A stretch of DNA of 64,000 nucleotides from Acidobacteriaceae bacterium (GTDB taxonomy: Bacteria > Acidobacteriota > Terriglobia > Terriglobales > Acidobacteriaceae): positions 2,806 through 66,805 of the forward strand of contig DASXFH010000040.1 in the NCBI GenBank assembly GCA_036489655.1, given 5' to 3'. Both the position numbers and the translations under genes were made by a program. The notes beneath the pieces were generated by a model. That model had not been told where the DNA came from, did no database searches, and was given only the letters and a program-made list of their open reading frames with translations. Below are positions 17,706 to 27,406 of the stretch, piece by piece (position 1 is the first letter of the stretch; each line of letters begins with the position of its first letter).

Positions 17706-19157
17706 TCAGTGCCCTCCTGCCGCAGGCGCGCGTCCGGAGCCCGACAGATCCACCGGCTCGGGTCCCGGCAGCCGCAGCAGCGCCTCGGGCACGCGATTGT
17801 CCGGCGCTCGTTCCGGCCCCGTATGGCAGCCCACGCAGATACGCTGCTCGCCGCTGCGCATCCAGAACCAGCCCCGCTCCTGCCGCAGCGTGTGCCCAGC
17901 CGCATCCAGCAAAATGATCCGCAGCGCCGCATCCCCCGGCACCTTGACGAAGAAGGATCCATCCGCCATCACCGGCGCCGTTCCCAGCGTCCTCGCCTGC
18001 CCATCCGATTCACGCGCCTCGACGCGAACCATCACCGGGGTGCCGCGCAGATTTCCGTTTCTCGAAAGCTGCGCATCCAGCGCCAGCAGGTTCCCCGTCG
18101 TCCAGGGATGCAGCGCGGAGGGAAAGGTCCTGGGCGCCGTGCGCGGCGCCACGACCACCGGTTCCACCAGGTCCCGATCCGTATCCCGCGCGATGGTCGC
18201 CATCGCAGCCGTCCCCGGCTTCCACGCCGCCAGTTCGTAGCGCTTTTGCTCCGGACGCCGCATCGCCAGCAGCCAACGCCCGTCCGGCAGTTCCGCCACA
18301 TCACCGGCAAACTCCCCGGGCGGCGATGCGATCCGCGCTCCCCCGGCCAGCGCCGACGTGAACCGCGCCAGGTTTCCTCGCTGCGCAAAGACGACATCGC
18401 CGTCGCCTGCCATCTTCGAATCCCGGTGGAGCTGCCTGCCGTGCGCGCGCCCGCCAGCCTTCTCGGCAGCCTCGTGATCGCAGCGCACGCTCTCCACGCC
18501 GCTCCCGTCCGGATAGACCGCATACATCTCCGGCGTCGAACCCGAACCCAGCGGAAATTCCGACTCAAACAGTACCCGCCCATCCTCCAGCACATCGTCG
18601 GGAATAAAGTCTCCGGACAGATAGCTCAACCGCGCGGTCCTCCCACCGTCCACGGCCGCCGTCACCAGCCCAAAACCATCCGCCCCGCGCTCGGCAAAGA
18701 CCACCCGCCCATCCGGCATCCACAGCGGACGAATCGCATCCCCCTGTCCCGCGTACAACTGCCGCGCAGCGCCGCCCGCCGCCGGCACCTCCCAGATCTG
18801 CCAGCGATCCTCGGCCTTCTTCTTGCCCGCAAAGAGCACCCTCTTGCCGTCGAACGAAACGCTTGCGTCCGCGCTCGCGGCAAATTCCGGCACCAATGGC
18901 TCGCTCTTCCCCGCGCGCAGGACCATCAGCTGCGCGCCCCGGGGAAACCGCTCCGCCCCGCGCAGTGCCGCCCCAGGCTCGCAGACCGGTGCCGCCGTGA
19001 AAATCACAGGAGCTATTCCTGTCGATGCCCGGACCGGTCGCCACACCTCCGCCACGTGTTCCCGTCCAGCCGCGTTCCCATCCTGTCCAGGGAGTGCGCC
19101 CGCCAGCGCCATGGGCAGGATGACGCCCAGCGCCAGCACAGCCCCTGCCCCCTTCAT
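17706..19157 (-). CDS. Exported TolB-like beta-propeller protein with a C-terminal single CxxCH haem-c module
   Basis: Signal peptide [20 protein letters not shown]. TolB/WD40-like strings ([38 protein letters not shown]). C-terminal [25 protein letters not shown]. The ATG at 19157 overlaps the DAHP synthase stop (ATGA). Confidence 0.55.
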   Translation of the reverse strand: MKGAGAVLALGVILPMALAGALPGQDGNAAGREHVAEVWRPVRASTGIAPVIFTAAPVCEPGAALRGAERFPRGAQLMVLRAGKSEPLVPEFAASADASVSFDGKRVLFAGKKKAEDRWQIWEVPAAGGAARQLYAGQGDAIRPLWMPDGRVVFAERGADGFGLVTAAVDGGRTARLSYLSGDFIPDDVLEDGRVLFESEFPLGSGSTPEMYAVYPDGSGVESVRCDHEAAEKAGGRAHGRQLHRDSKMAGDGDVVFAQRGNLARFTSALAGGARIASPPGEFAGDVAELPDGRWLLAMRRPEQKRYELAAWKPGTAAMATIARDTDRDLVEPVVVAPRTAPRTFPSALHPWTTGNLLALDAQLSRNGNLRGTPVMVRVEARESDGQARTLGTAPVMADGSFFVKVPGDAALRIILLDAAGHTLRQERGWFWMRSGEQRICVGCHTGPERAPDNRVPEALLRLPGPEPVDLSGSGRAPAAGGH

Positions 19158-20152
19158 GCCACCGTCTCCACGGCACAGGCACGCCTCGCCCGCACTGCAC
19201 ACCACGGGGCCAGATCGGTCATCATGGCTTCGAATTCGGCAAACGCGAGCGACTGCTCGCCGTCGCTCCACGCTTCGTCCGGATGCGGATGCACCTCGAC
19301 GATCAGCCCGTCCGCACCCGCTGCCACCGCACTCCGTGCCAGCGCCGGAACGAATTCCCGCCGCCCCGCCGCATGGCTCGGATCGGCAATCACCGGCAGC
19401 CGTGCAATTTCCCTGAGCACCACGATCGCGGACACGTCGAAGGTGTTCCGGGTCGCCGTCTCAAATGTGCGGATCCCCCGCTCGCACAAGATCACATTGG
19501 GATTGCCATAGCTGATGACGCACTGCGCTGACCGCATCAGGTCGGCCACGCTCGCCACCATCCCCCGCTTCAGCAGGATCGGCCGCCCTGTCCGCGCCGC
19601 GGCTTCCAGCAGAGCGTAGTTCTCCATGCTCCGCGAGCCGATCTGCAGGATGTCGGCATACTCGGCGACCATCGGCGCATCGGCCGCAGCCATCACCTCG
19701 GTCACGATCGCTAACCCCGTCGCCGCGCGCGCCTTCGCCAGCAGCTTCAGCCCTTCGAGGCCCAGTCCCTGAAACGCATACGGCGAGGTCCGCGGCTTGA
19801 AAGCGCCGCCGCGCAGCACGCGCGCCCCGGCCTTCGCCACAAAGGCAGCCGTCTCCATCAGCTGCCGTTCGGTCTCCACCGAACAAGGGCCCGCCATGGT
19901 GACAAAATCCCCGCCACCGACTACGACACTGCCCGCCCGCACCTCCGTCTTCTGGTCGGGCCGCGTCTTGAGTACATCCGGTGCGTCGGCAAACTGCTCT
20001 TTCCAGCCGCTGCCCACCTCCGCTCCACTTCTCCGGGGAACCCCTGAGCGTAGCTCCGCCCCGGAGCCATCGCCTCCATCGAAAGATGGATTTTGCTCGT
20101 GCCTTTGGTGTGCACTCGCGGGAATCGGGGAGCTCCTCTCGCAGCAGAACAT
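19154..20152 (-). CDS. 3-deoxy-7-phosphoheptulonate (DAHP) synthase, type I-beta
   Basis: Motifs [44 protein letters not shown] and [10 protein letters not shown]. The first ~70 codons are low-complexity, so the true start may be an internal GTG near 20017. Confidence 0.85.
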   Translation of the reverse strand: MFCCERSSPIPASAHQRHEQNPSFDGGDGSGAELRSGVPRRSGAEVGSGWKEQFADAPDVLKTRPDQKTEVRAGSVVVGGGDFVTMAGPCSVETERQLMETAAFVAKAGARVLRGGAFKPRTSPYAFQGLGLEGLKLLAKARAATGLAIVTEVMAAADAPMVAEYADILQIGSRSMENYALLEAAARTGRPILLKRGMVASVADLMRSAQCVISYGNPNVILCERGIRTFETATRNTFDVSAIVVLREIARLPVIADPSHAAGRREFVPALARSAVAAGADGLIVEVHPHPDEAWSDGEQSLAFAEFEAMMTDLAPWCAVRARRACAVETVA

Positions 20153-20279
20153 TCCATGTCTGCCTCCGCCATTCTCGCGGCCACCGGATTCCCCAATCTG
20201 TGCGCTGCGTCACAAGCGGCGGTGCACTCGCCCGCAACGTTCACGGCGCACGCAGCGGCAGCCTGTCACCACTAGCCCC

Positions 20280-21410
20280 TCACCTGCTCGGCGGCTCGCT
20301 CATCCTCTGCACCAGGCTCTCATCCTTCTTCTGGTGCAGAGAGGCGGCTTTGGCAAATTCTGCACGCGCCTCATCCTTCTTCCCCATCGCCTGGTACAGC
20401 CGCGCCAGCCGCCAGTGCGCGTCCACGCCGCTGGGATCCATCGCGATCGCGCGCTCCAGATCCGCCGCCGCGGCTTCATTCTTTCCCTGCCCCGCCAGCA
20501 GAATTCCCATATCCAGCCACACCAGCCGAGGGGCGCCGGGCAGCCGGACAGCCTTCTCCAGCGTGGCCTGGGCGGCCGCGGATTTCCCCAGTCGCATCTC
20601 TGCGTCTCCCAGATAAGCCATCGCCTGCTCATAGTCGGGCTCGTTTTTCAGCTCCAGTTCGAACTCCCGTTCGGCGTCCGCGTAGCGATGCTGCTTCCAG
20701 TACAGATATCCAAGACCGAAATGCACATTCGGCTCATTGGGAGCTACCTTCTCCGCCGCTTCGAACTCAGCCGTTGCCTTCTCCGGCTCATACATCCCAT
20801 CCCACGCCTCGCCCGCCAGCATGTGCGCCTGTGCCGAGTTCGGATTCACCGTCAGGATCTTTTTGTACTCTTCCAGCGTGCATTCATACTGCTTCGCGTA
20901 CAGGCAGCTCTGCGCCAGCACACCCAGCATCTCCTCGTTGTCCGGCGATTTCTCCGCCGCCGCGCGCAGATAGGGAATCGCCTTCGCATATTCCGCCGTG
21001 CCGTAGTACGTCATCCCCAGCAGCGTCCGCACCTGCAGGCTTTTCGGCTGTTCGTGCAGCGCGGCCTGAAAAGGAGCAATCGCCTCCTTCAGATGTCCCT
21101 GTTTGAACTCTGCCAGCCCCAGGTCCAGCTCCACTCCCGGCAACTTCGCCTGGATCGCCAGCGCCTTGCGGTAGGCCTCCGCGGCCTCCGCATACTGCCC
21201 CTCCCGCGAACGCACCAGTCCCAGACTCGCCAGCGCCGCCGCATTCCGCGGATGCGCCGCAATTACCGCCTTCCACGCCTGTGCCGACTCCTCCAGCCTT
21301 CCCTGCTGCGCCAGAGCCTCGGCCTGCGCCGCCGTTGCCGTCTGCGCTCCGGCCTGCGCCGCACCCAGGCACAGAATGCCAGTCAGCAGCAGCATGCTCG
21401 CAAGTGTCAT
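20280..21410 (-). CDS. Exported tetratricopeptide (TPR) repeat protein
   Basis: Signal peptide MTLASMLLLTGILCLGAAQAGA, followed by about 9 TPR-like units (AxxxYxxAL...P....A...LG). Confidence 0.7.
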   Translation of the reverse strand: MTLASMLLLTGILCLGAAQAGAQTATAAQAEALAQQGRLEESAQAWKAVIAAHPRNAAALASLGLVRSREGQYAEAAEAYRKALAIQAKLPGVELDLGLAEFKQGHLKEAIAPFQAALHEQPKSLQVRTLLGMTYYGTAEYAKAIPYLRAAAEKSPDNEEMLGVLAQSCLYAKQYECTLEEYKKILTVNPNSAQAHMLAGEAWDGMYEPEKATAEFEAAEKVAPNEPNVHFGLGYLYWKQHRYADAEREFELELKNEPDYEQAMAYLGDAEMRLGKSAAAQATLEKAVRLPGAPRLVWLDMGILLAGQGKNEAAAADLERAIAMDPSGVDAHWRLARLYQAMGKKDEARAEFAKAASLHQKKDESLVQRMSEPPSR

Positions 21411-21510
21411 CTCCGCTACAGACCCCCAGGTTGCATTAGACCATCCGTTCCAAAAGAAAAGGCGCAGTGGGTAATCGCACCCCACTACGCCTGCAATGAT
21501 TCAGTTTTCC

Positions 21511-24500
21511 TCAGAAGATGAACTTCCCTCCGAACTGCAGCACACGCGGATCGAGCGAACTCGTAACCTGACCGAAATTCGAATCGGTGAAGGACGTGTC
21601 CAGACCGTTGAACTGCGTGTGGTTGAAGGTATTGAACGACTCGAAACGCAGCTCGATTTTCGGCCCCGCTTCGGTGATCGGGAACGTCTTGAACAGGCTG
21701 AGGTTCCAGTTCTGCAGCCCAGGTCCGACGATGGCATCTTTGCCCGCCGTGCCGAAGCCGTGGTTTCCGCCGCCCGCCCACTCAGCCGTCGGTGCGGCAA
21801 AGGCTGACTTGTTGAACCACGACTGCTGCGTTTTGGACCCGCTCACCTTCCCCGCCAGGTTCGGGCGGTTCTGCGCGTTGCCGCCGAAACCCAGGACGTC
21901 CGGTGAGTAACTGACCTGCCGCGGCGCTCCAGTTTGCGCTACGGTCACACCCGAGAGCACCCAGCTACCCAATACCTCACGCTGCAGGGTATTGCCATGC
22001 TCGAAGAAGGGCACGTTGTAGACGTAGTTCGCCGTGAAAATATGCCGGCGGTCCAGAACACCGGATCCCCGATCATATTTTAGGTCGAACGGGTTTGAGA
22101 CCCAGTTGTTGCCGCCTGCAAAGTTGGTCGATCCCAAATCGCCGCTGGCAATGTCGATCTCATGGCCGTAGGTATAGGCGAACTGCGCCGTCAACCCACG
22201 CTTGTTCTCCATGCGCAGCGCTACCTGCATGCTGTTGTAGGCCGAATTGCTGGCGTTCTCCTCCTGGTTGATTACCGCAAACCCTGGGAAGGTTCGGTAC
22301 AGGTTCGCCGAAGCGCCTGCAGCCACCGCCTGCCGATGGGTCAGATCGTTGAGCGGAACCGGGTTGATGTTGCGCTGATCTGCCTGGTTCCAGCCCCCCG
22401 ATCCCACGTACTGGATCACCCCCACGATCGCTGGCGCCAGCTCCTGCTGAATGCCCAGGCTGTACTGCACCGTTCCCGGGGCGGGATAGTACCGCGCGAG
22501 ATTGGTGATGTTCGCCGGGAACACCGGCGTGGTTGCCGTCGCCCCTGTCTTGGCGTTCGTCTTTGGATCGGAGAAGTACACGCTGTTGGCGCTTGGTTGA
22601 TAGGCAAAAGGCTGGTTGACCCCTGCCCCGTAAATGTCGTTGCCCTGAACACGCTCGTAGAACATGCCGGCTCCGGCTCTCAGAATCGTCCTGCCGGTTC
22701 CGAACATGTCATAGGCAAATCCGAGACGCGGCTGCCAGGTAAAGTAGTCGGTGTTCACCACGCCCCGTGGATACCCGTTGGCTCCTGCCAGCTCGATCCC
22801 GTTGGCGTAATAGGTCACTCCATAGGCCGTCTTAAAGCCCGCTCCCGCCGGATTCATCGCTCCCGTAGAAGCATCCGGCAATTGCGCGTCAGAGGCCGTG
22901 AATGAACCAGGCACGAAGTTGGATACCCGGTTGGATTTCTCCATCACGTGCGGCAGCGCATCATACCGCATCCCCAGGTTGAGGGTCATCCGCGATGTAA
23001 GATGCCAGTTGTCCATTCCATAGAACGAATAAGTGTTGTTGATCCAGTGAGGCGTCGTCTGGTTTTGCAGCTGCTGATAGCGGTCCGCAAAGCCCAGCAG
23101 GAAGTTCAGGTACGAGTCTCCGGAGAAGTCCGTCCCAAAGGTGTAGTCCCCCTCCGTGTCCGCCTGCAGCTGCTGGTTCTTGTCCATCCTCATGTAGGAG
23201 AAGCCGAATTTCAGCCCATGCCTTCCCCGAGTCCACGACAGGTCATCCCGAACCTGATAGTCGAGGAACGCGTTATGCCAGGGCCAGTAGATCTCCGTCC
23301 AGTTCGTGCCCAGCGGCCCGCCAAATGCAAGGGTTGGCAACCGGTTCATGGGATTGTTCCCCGCAAAGAAGCTACCCGCACTGTAGCCCTCCGGCTGCTG
23401 GTAGATTCCCGTCGGGTTGATGTTGATGGTGTTGCCGTTTACATTCAGGGCCGTCTCATTCAGCAGGGTTGGAGAAATCGTCTGGGTCAGCTTGATCACC
23501 GAAGCCCACGACGGGTTCTGGAAGACATTGCCCACCGTCGAATAACTGTCCCCGCTCCACATTGTCGGGAAAATCGTCTGCGTCATGGAGTCATGGATCC
23601 AGTGCCCCATCAGGTGCAGCCGGTCGGTGATGTCATGGTCGATGCGGACTGTGTCTTCCCGCACAAACGTGGGCTGCTTCGGCGACGAGGAGAACTGGGT
23701 CGTTCCGATATTCGGCTTCGGAATCGCACCCGTGCTCAGCCACCGTACCGCGTTCTGATCGATCAGTGCTGCGGGAATCTTATTGCCCGGGAAAGGCGTT
23801 CCCGGCGTTAGTCCATAGGTGTGATAGAGGCCGCCCGCCGGTGCTGCCGGATTGGCGGGGTCAAAGACGTACCCGTTGCCAACATACTTCGGGTCACTGG
23901 TAACCGGCACGCACGGCGCGGCCACGCCGTTGGCGCATACGCCGTCCGCCAGCTTATCCGCCGTCAGTTCGTTCCAGGGCTGGTATTTCAGATCCGCTCC
24001 CAGCGCCGGGAAGTTCGCTTCCGGAATGGTGTTGGTGACTGCCGGAGTCGCACCCGCAATATATCGGCGCCACTCTTCGCTCCAGTAAAAGAACGTCCGG
24101 CTCTTTGACCTCGGATACAGTCCCGGAATGAAGACCGGACCGCCCGCGCCGCCGCCGAAGATGTTCAGACGTCTCTCCGGAACCGGCTGAGTCCTCGATG
24201 CAAAATGGTTCACTGCATCAAACATGTCGTTGCGGTTAAACTCCCAGGCGGCGCCGTGAAAATCCTTCGTGCCCGATTTCAGCGCCATGGTGATCGTGCC
24301 GCCGGAGTTGATTCCATAATCCGGGCTGTAGTTACTGCTCAGCGTCTGGAATTCCGCCAGCACGTCCGGCGAAGGCATCAGGTCGAACTTGCCGCCGCTC
24401 CCCCGGTCGTAGGCCTCGCCGCCGTCGATCAGCCAGTTGTTGTGGTCGGGACGCATGCCGTTGAAGCTCAGCCCGAACCCGCTTCCCTGCGCGGTCACGC

Positions 24501-25047
24501 CATTGAACGAGTTCAGGTTGTTCGAGACGCCCGTGCCCAGCGTGGTCAGAGAGACCATGTTGCGCCCGTTTGTCGCCAGCTGCGTCAGTTGCGCGCCGGT
24601 GATCAGGTTGCTGACTTCGTTCGTGTCCGTTTGCAGATGCAGCGCATTCGCTTGCACTGTCACCGTCGTGGAGCTGGAGCCGACAGCCAGTTTCACATCC
24701 TCGCGAACCGTCGCCCCCACGTTCATCACAATGCCGCTGCTCTCATACGCCTGAAAGCCCGGCGCCGTCACTTTCAGGCTGTAAGTGCCGATGTGCAGCG
24801 CGGGAAAGTCGTACAGCCCCGCTCCATTCGTCGCTCCGGTTCGGGTTTCTCCTGTGGCCGAATTGGTCAGATTGACGGTTGCATTCGCTACTACAGCGCC
24901 CGTCTGATCGGTGACGTTTCCCAGAAGCTCGGCATTCTCCTGCGCCTTCGCTGACAGGGAAACGATCAGAAACAGTCCGAATAAAACCGACAGCCACCGC
25001 AGCATCCCATACCCGCCCAACCTGCCGGGATATTTTCTTTGCATCAT
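21511..25047 (-). CDS. TonB-dependent receptor with N-terminal carboxypeptidase-regulatory-like domain
   Basis: Signal peptide, then LLGNVTDQTGAVVANATVNLTNSATGETR...GLYDFPALHIGTYSLKVTAPGF. A long beta-barrel ends in a terminal Phe (LQFGGKFIF). RBS GAGGAGG lies before ATG 25047. Confidence 0.8.
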   Translation of the reverse strand: MMQRKYPGRLGGYGMLRWLSVLFGLFLIVSLSAKAQENAELLGNVTDQTGAVVANATVNLTNSATGETRTGATNGAGLYDFPALHIGTYSLKVTAPGFQAYESSGIVMNVGATVREDVKLAVGSSSTTVTVQANALHLQTDTNEVSNLITGAQLTQLATNGRNMVSLTTLGTGVSNNLNSFNGVTAQGSGFGLSFNGMRPDHNNWLIDGGEAYDRGSGGKFDLMPSPDVLAEFQTLSSNYSPDYGINSGGTITMALKSGTKDFHGAAWEFNRNDMFDAVNHFASRTQPVPERRLNIFGGGAGGPVFIPGLYPRSKSRTFFYWSEEWRRYIAGATPAVTNTIPEANFPALGADLKYQPWNELTADKLADGVCANGVAAPCVPVTSDPKYVGNGYVFDPANPAAPAGGLYHTYGLTPGTPFPGNKIPAALIDQNAVRWLSTGAIPKPNIGTTQFSSSPKQPTFVREDTVRIDHDITDRLHLMGHWIHDSMTQTIFPTMWSGDSYSTVGNVFQNPSWASVIKLTQTISPTLLNETALNVNGNTININPTGIYQQPEGYSAGSFFAGNNPMNRLPTLAFGGPLGTNWTEIYWPWHNAFLDYQVRDDLSWTRGRHGLKFGFSYMRMDKNQQLQADTEGDYTFGTDFSGDSYLNFLLGFADRYQQLQNQTTPHWINNTYSFYGMDNWHLTSRMTLNLGMRYDALPHVMEKSNRVSNFVPGSFTASDAQLPDASTGAMNPAGAGFKTAYGVTYYANGIELAGANGYPRGVVNTDYFTWQPRLGFAYDMFGTGRTILRAGAGMFYERVQGNDIYGAGVNQPFAYQPSANSVYFSDPKTNAKTGATATTPVFPANITNLARYYPAPGTVQYSLGIQQELAPAIVGVIQYVGSGGWNQADQRNINPVPLNDLTHRQAVAAGASANLYRTFPGFAVINQEENASNSAYNSMQVALRMENKRGLTAQFAYTYGHEIDIASGDLGSTNFAGGNNWVSNPFDLKYDRGSGVLDRRHIFTANYVYNVPFFEHGNTLQREVLGSWVLSGVTVAQTGAPRQVSYSPDVLGFGGNAQNRPNLAGKVSGSKTQQSWFNKSAFAAPTAEWAGGGNHGFGTAGKDAIVGPGLQNWNLSLFKTFPITEAGPKIELRFESFNTFNHTQFNGLDTSFTDSNFGQVTSSLDPRVLQFGGKFIF

Positions 25048-25335
25048 AGTCAGCCTCCTCTGAAGGCTTGCGTCGAGGAGTGACTCCTTATGGCCCAACA
25101 TCCGGTCCCGTAACACTCAGCTATTACTCAATCCCGTCCCGAACTCCGTTGATGCCGTCGGTGCCCTCTCCTCACGTTCAGGTTTGGGGAAGCAACTTCG
25201 TCTTCAGCCCGATCGCTGTTCCCTCGGCGGTCCGGGAAACCTTTCCGGCCGCCCCACTCGTCAGGCCGCATGCAAGAGAAACCTCCCCAGTAAACAGTTT
25301 TATTACCTGCTGACTCTCTTCCATACGGCGGCTGC

Positions 25336-25364
25336 ATTCTCGCCGTGTGAAGCTTCGCTGTCAA
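25336..25364 (-). promoter_or_regulatory. Candidate sigma-70-type promoter for the 21511..25047 receptor (TTGACA-17-GAGAAT)
   Basis: On the minus strand: TTGACA at 25364-25359, a 17-nt spacer, and GAGAAT at 25341-25336. This implies a leader of roughly 280 nt. Confidence 0.35.
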
Positions 25365-25738
25365 GATGAATAGCGAATAACAGCTCACAGCTGTCCGCTT
25401 CATGCAGCCGAATGGCCGGACCCGCCCGGCGCACTGCGAAGTGTCTCCCTGCGCAGCCGGCTGGCACGCGACTCTCCTCGAAGTTTCGGCTCTTCTAACT
25501 TGTGGATTTATGAATAGTTACGCGGAGGGAGCTCGGTGTCAATCTGCCCTCTGTTCCCTCGCGCACAATCTCTGGCTCCTGCACCGCGAATGCAGGAACC
25601 AGGGACCAGGCGCATTACTTCCGTCATGCAACGCAGGCAGATAGCGGCAGAATGTAAGCGGTTTCTTTGCGACCCTGGCTTCCCGTCATTGTGTCGCAGA
25701 GCACAATTTCGCTCCTGCTCACTCCGGACCCGCCCTCT

Positions 25739-26932
25739 TCAGAAGATGTGCTCTTCGCCCTCGCGCCCCGCCCCGCCTTCGCCTTCCGCCGCCGCGCGCA
25801 CCCGCGCCACTGTCTGCCAGTTGTCCTTTTTCGGATGCTCCAGGAAAAACGGCGGCAGCGGCATGGCCAGAAATCGGCTCAGCGCCGCCGCGTAGCCTTC
25901 ATACATTCCGCGCAGTTCGCGCAGCCGCTCGTTGCTCTTCTCGTCCCGGCAAACCCGCACCCCCACCTGGCACAGCTGGTCGTAGATCAGCCGGTACCGC
26001 TCCGTCGGCAGCCGATCCTCCGGCGCGCTCAGAGGCACAAGTCCCAGCGTCTGCGACAAATCCACCAGCGCATGCCGCGCCATGGCAAACGTCAGCTGCG
26101 CCTGGCGCGCGCTGTGCTCCTGCACGCTCGCAATCAGCAGCGCGCAGGCGTCCAGAATCGCCGTCAGCGCGCCGATCCAGCTCTGGCTGGTGTGCTGCGA
26201 TCGAAAAAGGCACAGCAGAGGATACGATATATGACTCTCCAGCAGCTCCGCCGACCACCGCTCCCATTCCTCCAGCAGAAGCACCAGCGCCGCGGTCCCG
26301 CCCTCGAATGAATGCCGACGGATCAGCTCAAACGCGGTCGGCGGCGATCCCGCCCGCGCGTCCAGCAGCGCAATGTTCACCTCCCGCCGCGAAAACGCCC
26401 CGTACAGCACCGGAAAATACCCGATCACCAGCGCCACAAAACCCAGCCCGATCCCCGACTCCAGCACCGCCAAAGCCCGCGCCAGCGTCCCGTGCGGCAC
26501 CACATCGCCCAGTCCCAGAGTGAAAATCGTCGTCCCGCTCACATACAGATCCGTCGTAAAGCGGTGCCGTGGCATGGCTGCGTCCACAAACGGCGCCGGG
26601 GTCGCCGAGTAGATCAGAGCGAATCCGAGCACCAGCGCTGCGGCCCACGCCGCAATCAGAAAAACCAGCGACAGCGGCCCGTAGAAACTCAACATCGTCT
26701 CCCGTTTGCGCGGGCGCCGTACCCGCTGAGCCGCCCATCGCCACGGCCGCCACGTCAGCCAGTAGAACATCCGCGTGAACTGGAAGCGCCCCGTCGCCCG
26801 CCGCGGCAGAATCACCGTCTCGAACGCGTCCAGCAGCGCCGCAACCACGCACAAAACTCCGAGGATCAGCCGAAACGGGTGCACTCCGCCAGCAGAGCAG
26901 GAAAGTATCCCCTCGTCAAACGCGGCTCCCAT
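25739..26932 (-). CDS. Potassium channel family protein (2TM pore domain with TLGLGD filter)
   Basis: Pore helix and filter: [21 protein letters not shown], flanked by TM helices. The C-terminal ~220 aa has no recognised family. Start chosen at MGAAFDEG (ATG 26932). Confidence 0.65.
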   Translation of the reverse strand: MGAAFDEGILSCSAGGVHPFRLILGVLCVVAALLDAFETVILPRRATGRFQFTRMFYWLTWRPWRWAAQRVRRPRKRETMLSFYGPLSLVFLIAAWAAALVLGFALIYSATPAPFVDAAMPRHRFTTDLYVSGTTIFTLGLGDVVPHGTLARALAVLESGIGLGFVALVIGYFPVLYGAFSRREVNIALLDARAGSPPTAFELIRRHSFEGGTAALVLLLEEWERWSAELLESHISYPLLCLFRSQHTSQSWIGALTAILDACALLIASVQEHSARQAQLTFAMARHALVDLSQTLGLVPLSAPEDRLPTERYRLIYDQLCQVGVRVCRDEKSNERLRELRGMYEGYAAALSRFLAMPLPPFFLEHPKKDNWQTVARVRAAAEGEGGAGREGEEHIF

Positions 26933-26997
26933 CTCCCGCCTGCCGGCTCCCAGGCTCCCAGCTCTCCTGTTCCTGTTGCCGGTTGCCACCCCACGGG

Positions 26998-27027
26998 TTG
27001 ACATCCGACCCAAACCCAGTCCATACT
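26998..27027 (+). promoter_or_regulatory. Candidate promoter for padR-ADOP (TTGACA-18-CATACT), nearly leaderless
   Basis: TTGACA at 26998-27003 and CATACT at 27022-27027. The PadR ATG at 27036 is only 8 nt after the -10 element. Confidence 0.3.
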
Positions 27028-27035
27028 CGTGTCGA

Positions 27036-27404
27036 ATGCCGACCCAACAACCCAACGACGACCGCATCGCCCTCCTCCAGGGCACCCTCGACCTCCTCAT
27101 CCTTCGCACCCTGCTCCTCGGCGCCTGTCATGGACAGGGCGTCGCCCGCTCCATCCAGCGCCAGTCCGAAGAGGTCCTCTTCGTCGACCATGGCTCCCTC
27201 TACCTCGCCCTCCAGCGCCTCGAAGACAAGAAGTGGATTCGCGCCCGCTGGGGTGTCAGCGACAACAACCGCCGCGCCCGCTTCTACGAGCTCACCCCCA
27301 AAGGCCGCGACCAGCTCGCCGAAAAAACCTCGCAGTGGAACCGCCTCACCGAAGCCATGGCCCGCATCCTCAACGCCGCCGGACCCCAAAACGAGGAGGT
27401 CTGA
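27036..27404 (+). CDS. PadR-family transcriptional regulator
   Basis: Winged-helix strings [28 protein letters not shown]...[15 protein letters not shown]...[12 protein letters not shown]. Confidence 0.85.
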   Translation: MPTQQPNDDRIALLQGTLDLLILRTLLLGACHGQGVARSIQRQSEEVLFVDHGSLYLALQRLEDKKWIRARWGVSDNNRRARFYELTPKGRDQLAEKTSQWNRLTEAMARILNAAGPQNEEV

Positions 27405-27406
27405 TT

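Noticed and set aside
25048-25330. A TPP or cobalamin riboswitch in the receptor leader.
   Set aside because: Only partial resemblance: CUGAAGA instead of CUGAGA, and ACCUGAAC instead of ACCUGAUC. The pyrophosphate-sensor string GCGnAGGGA and the B12 box are both absent. Left as an unclassified leader pending cmscan.
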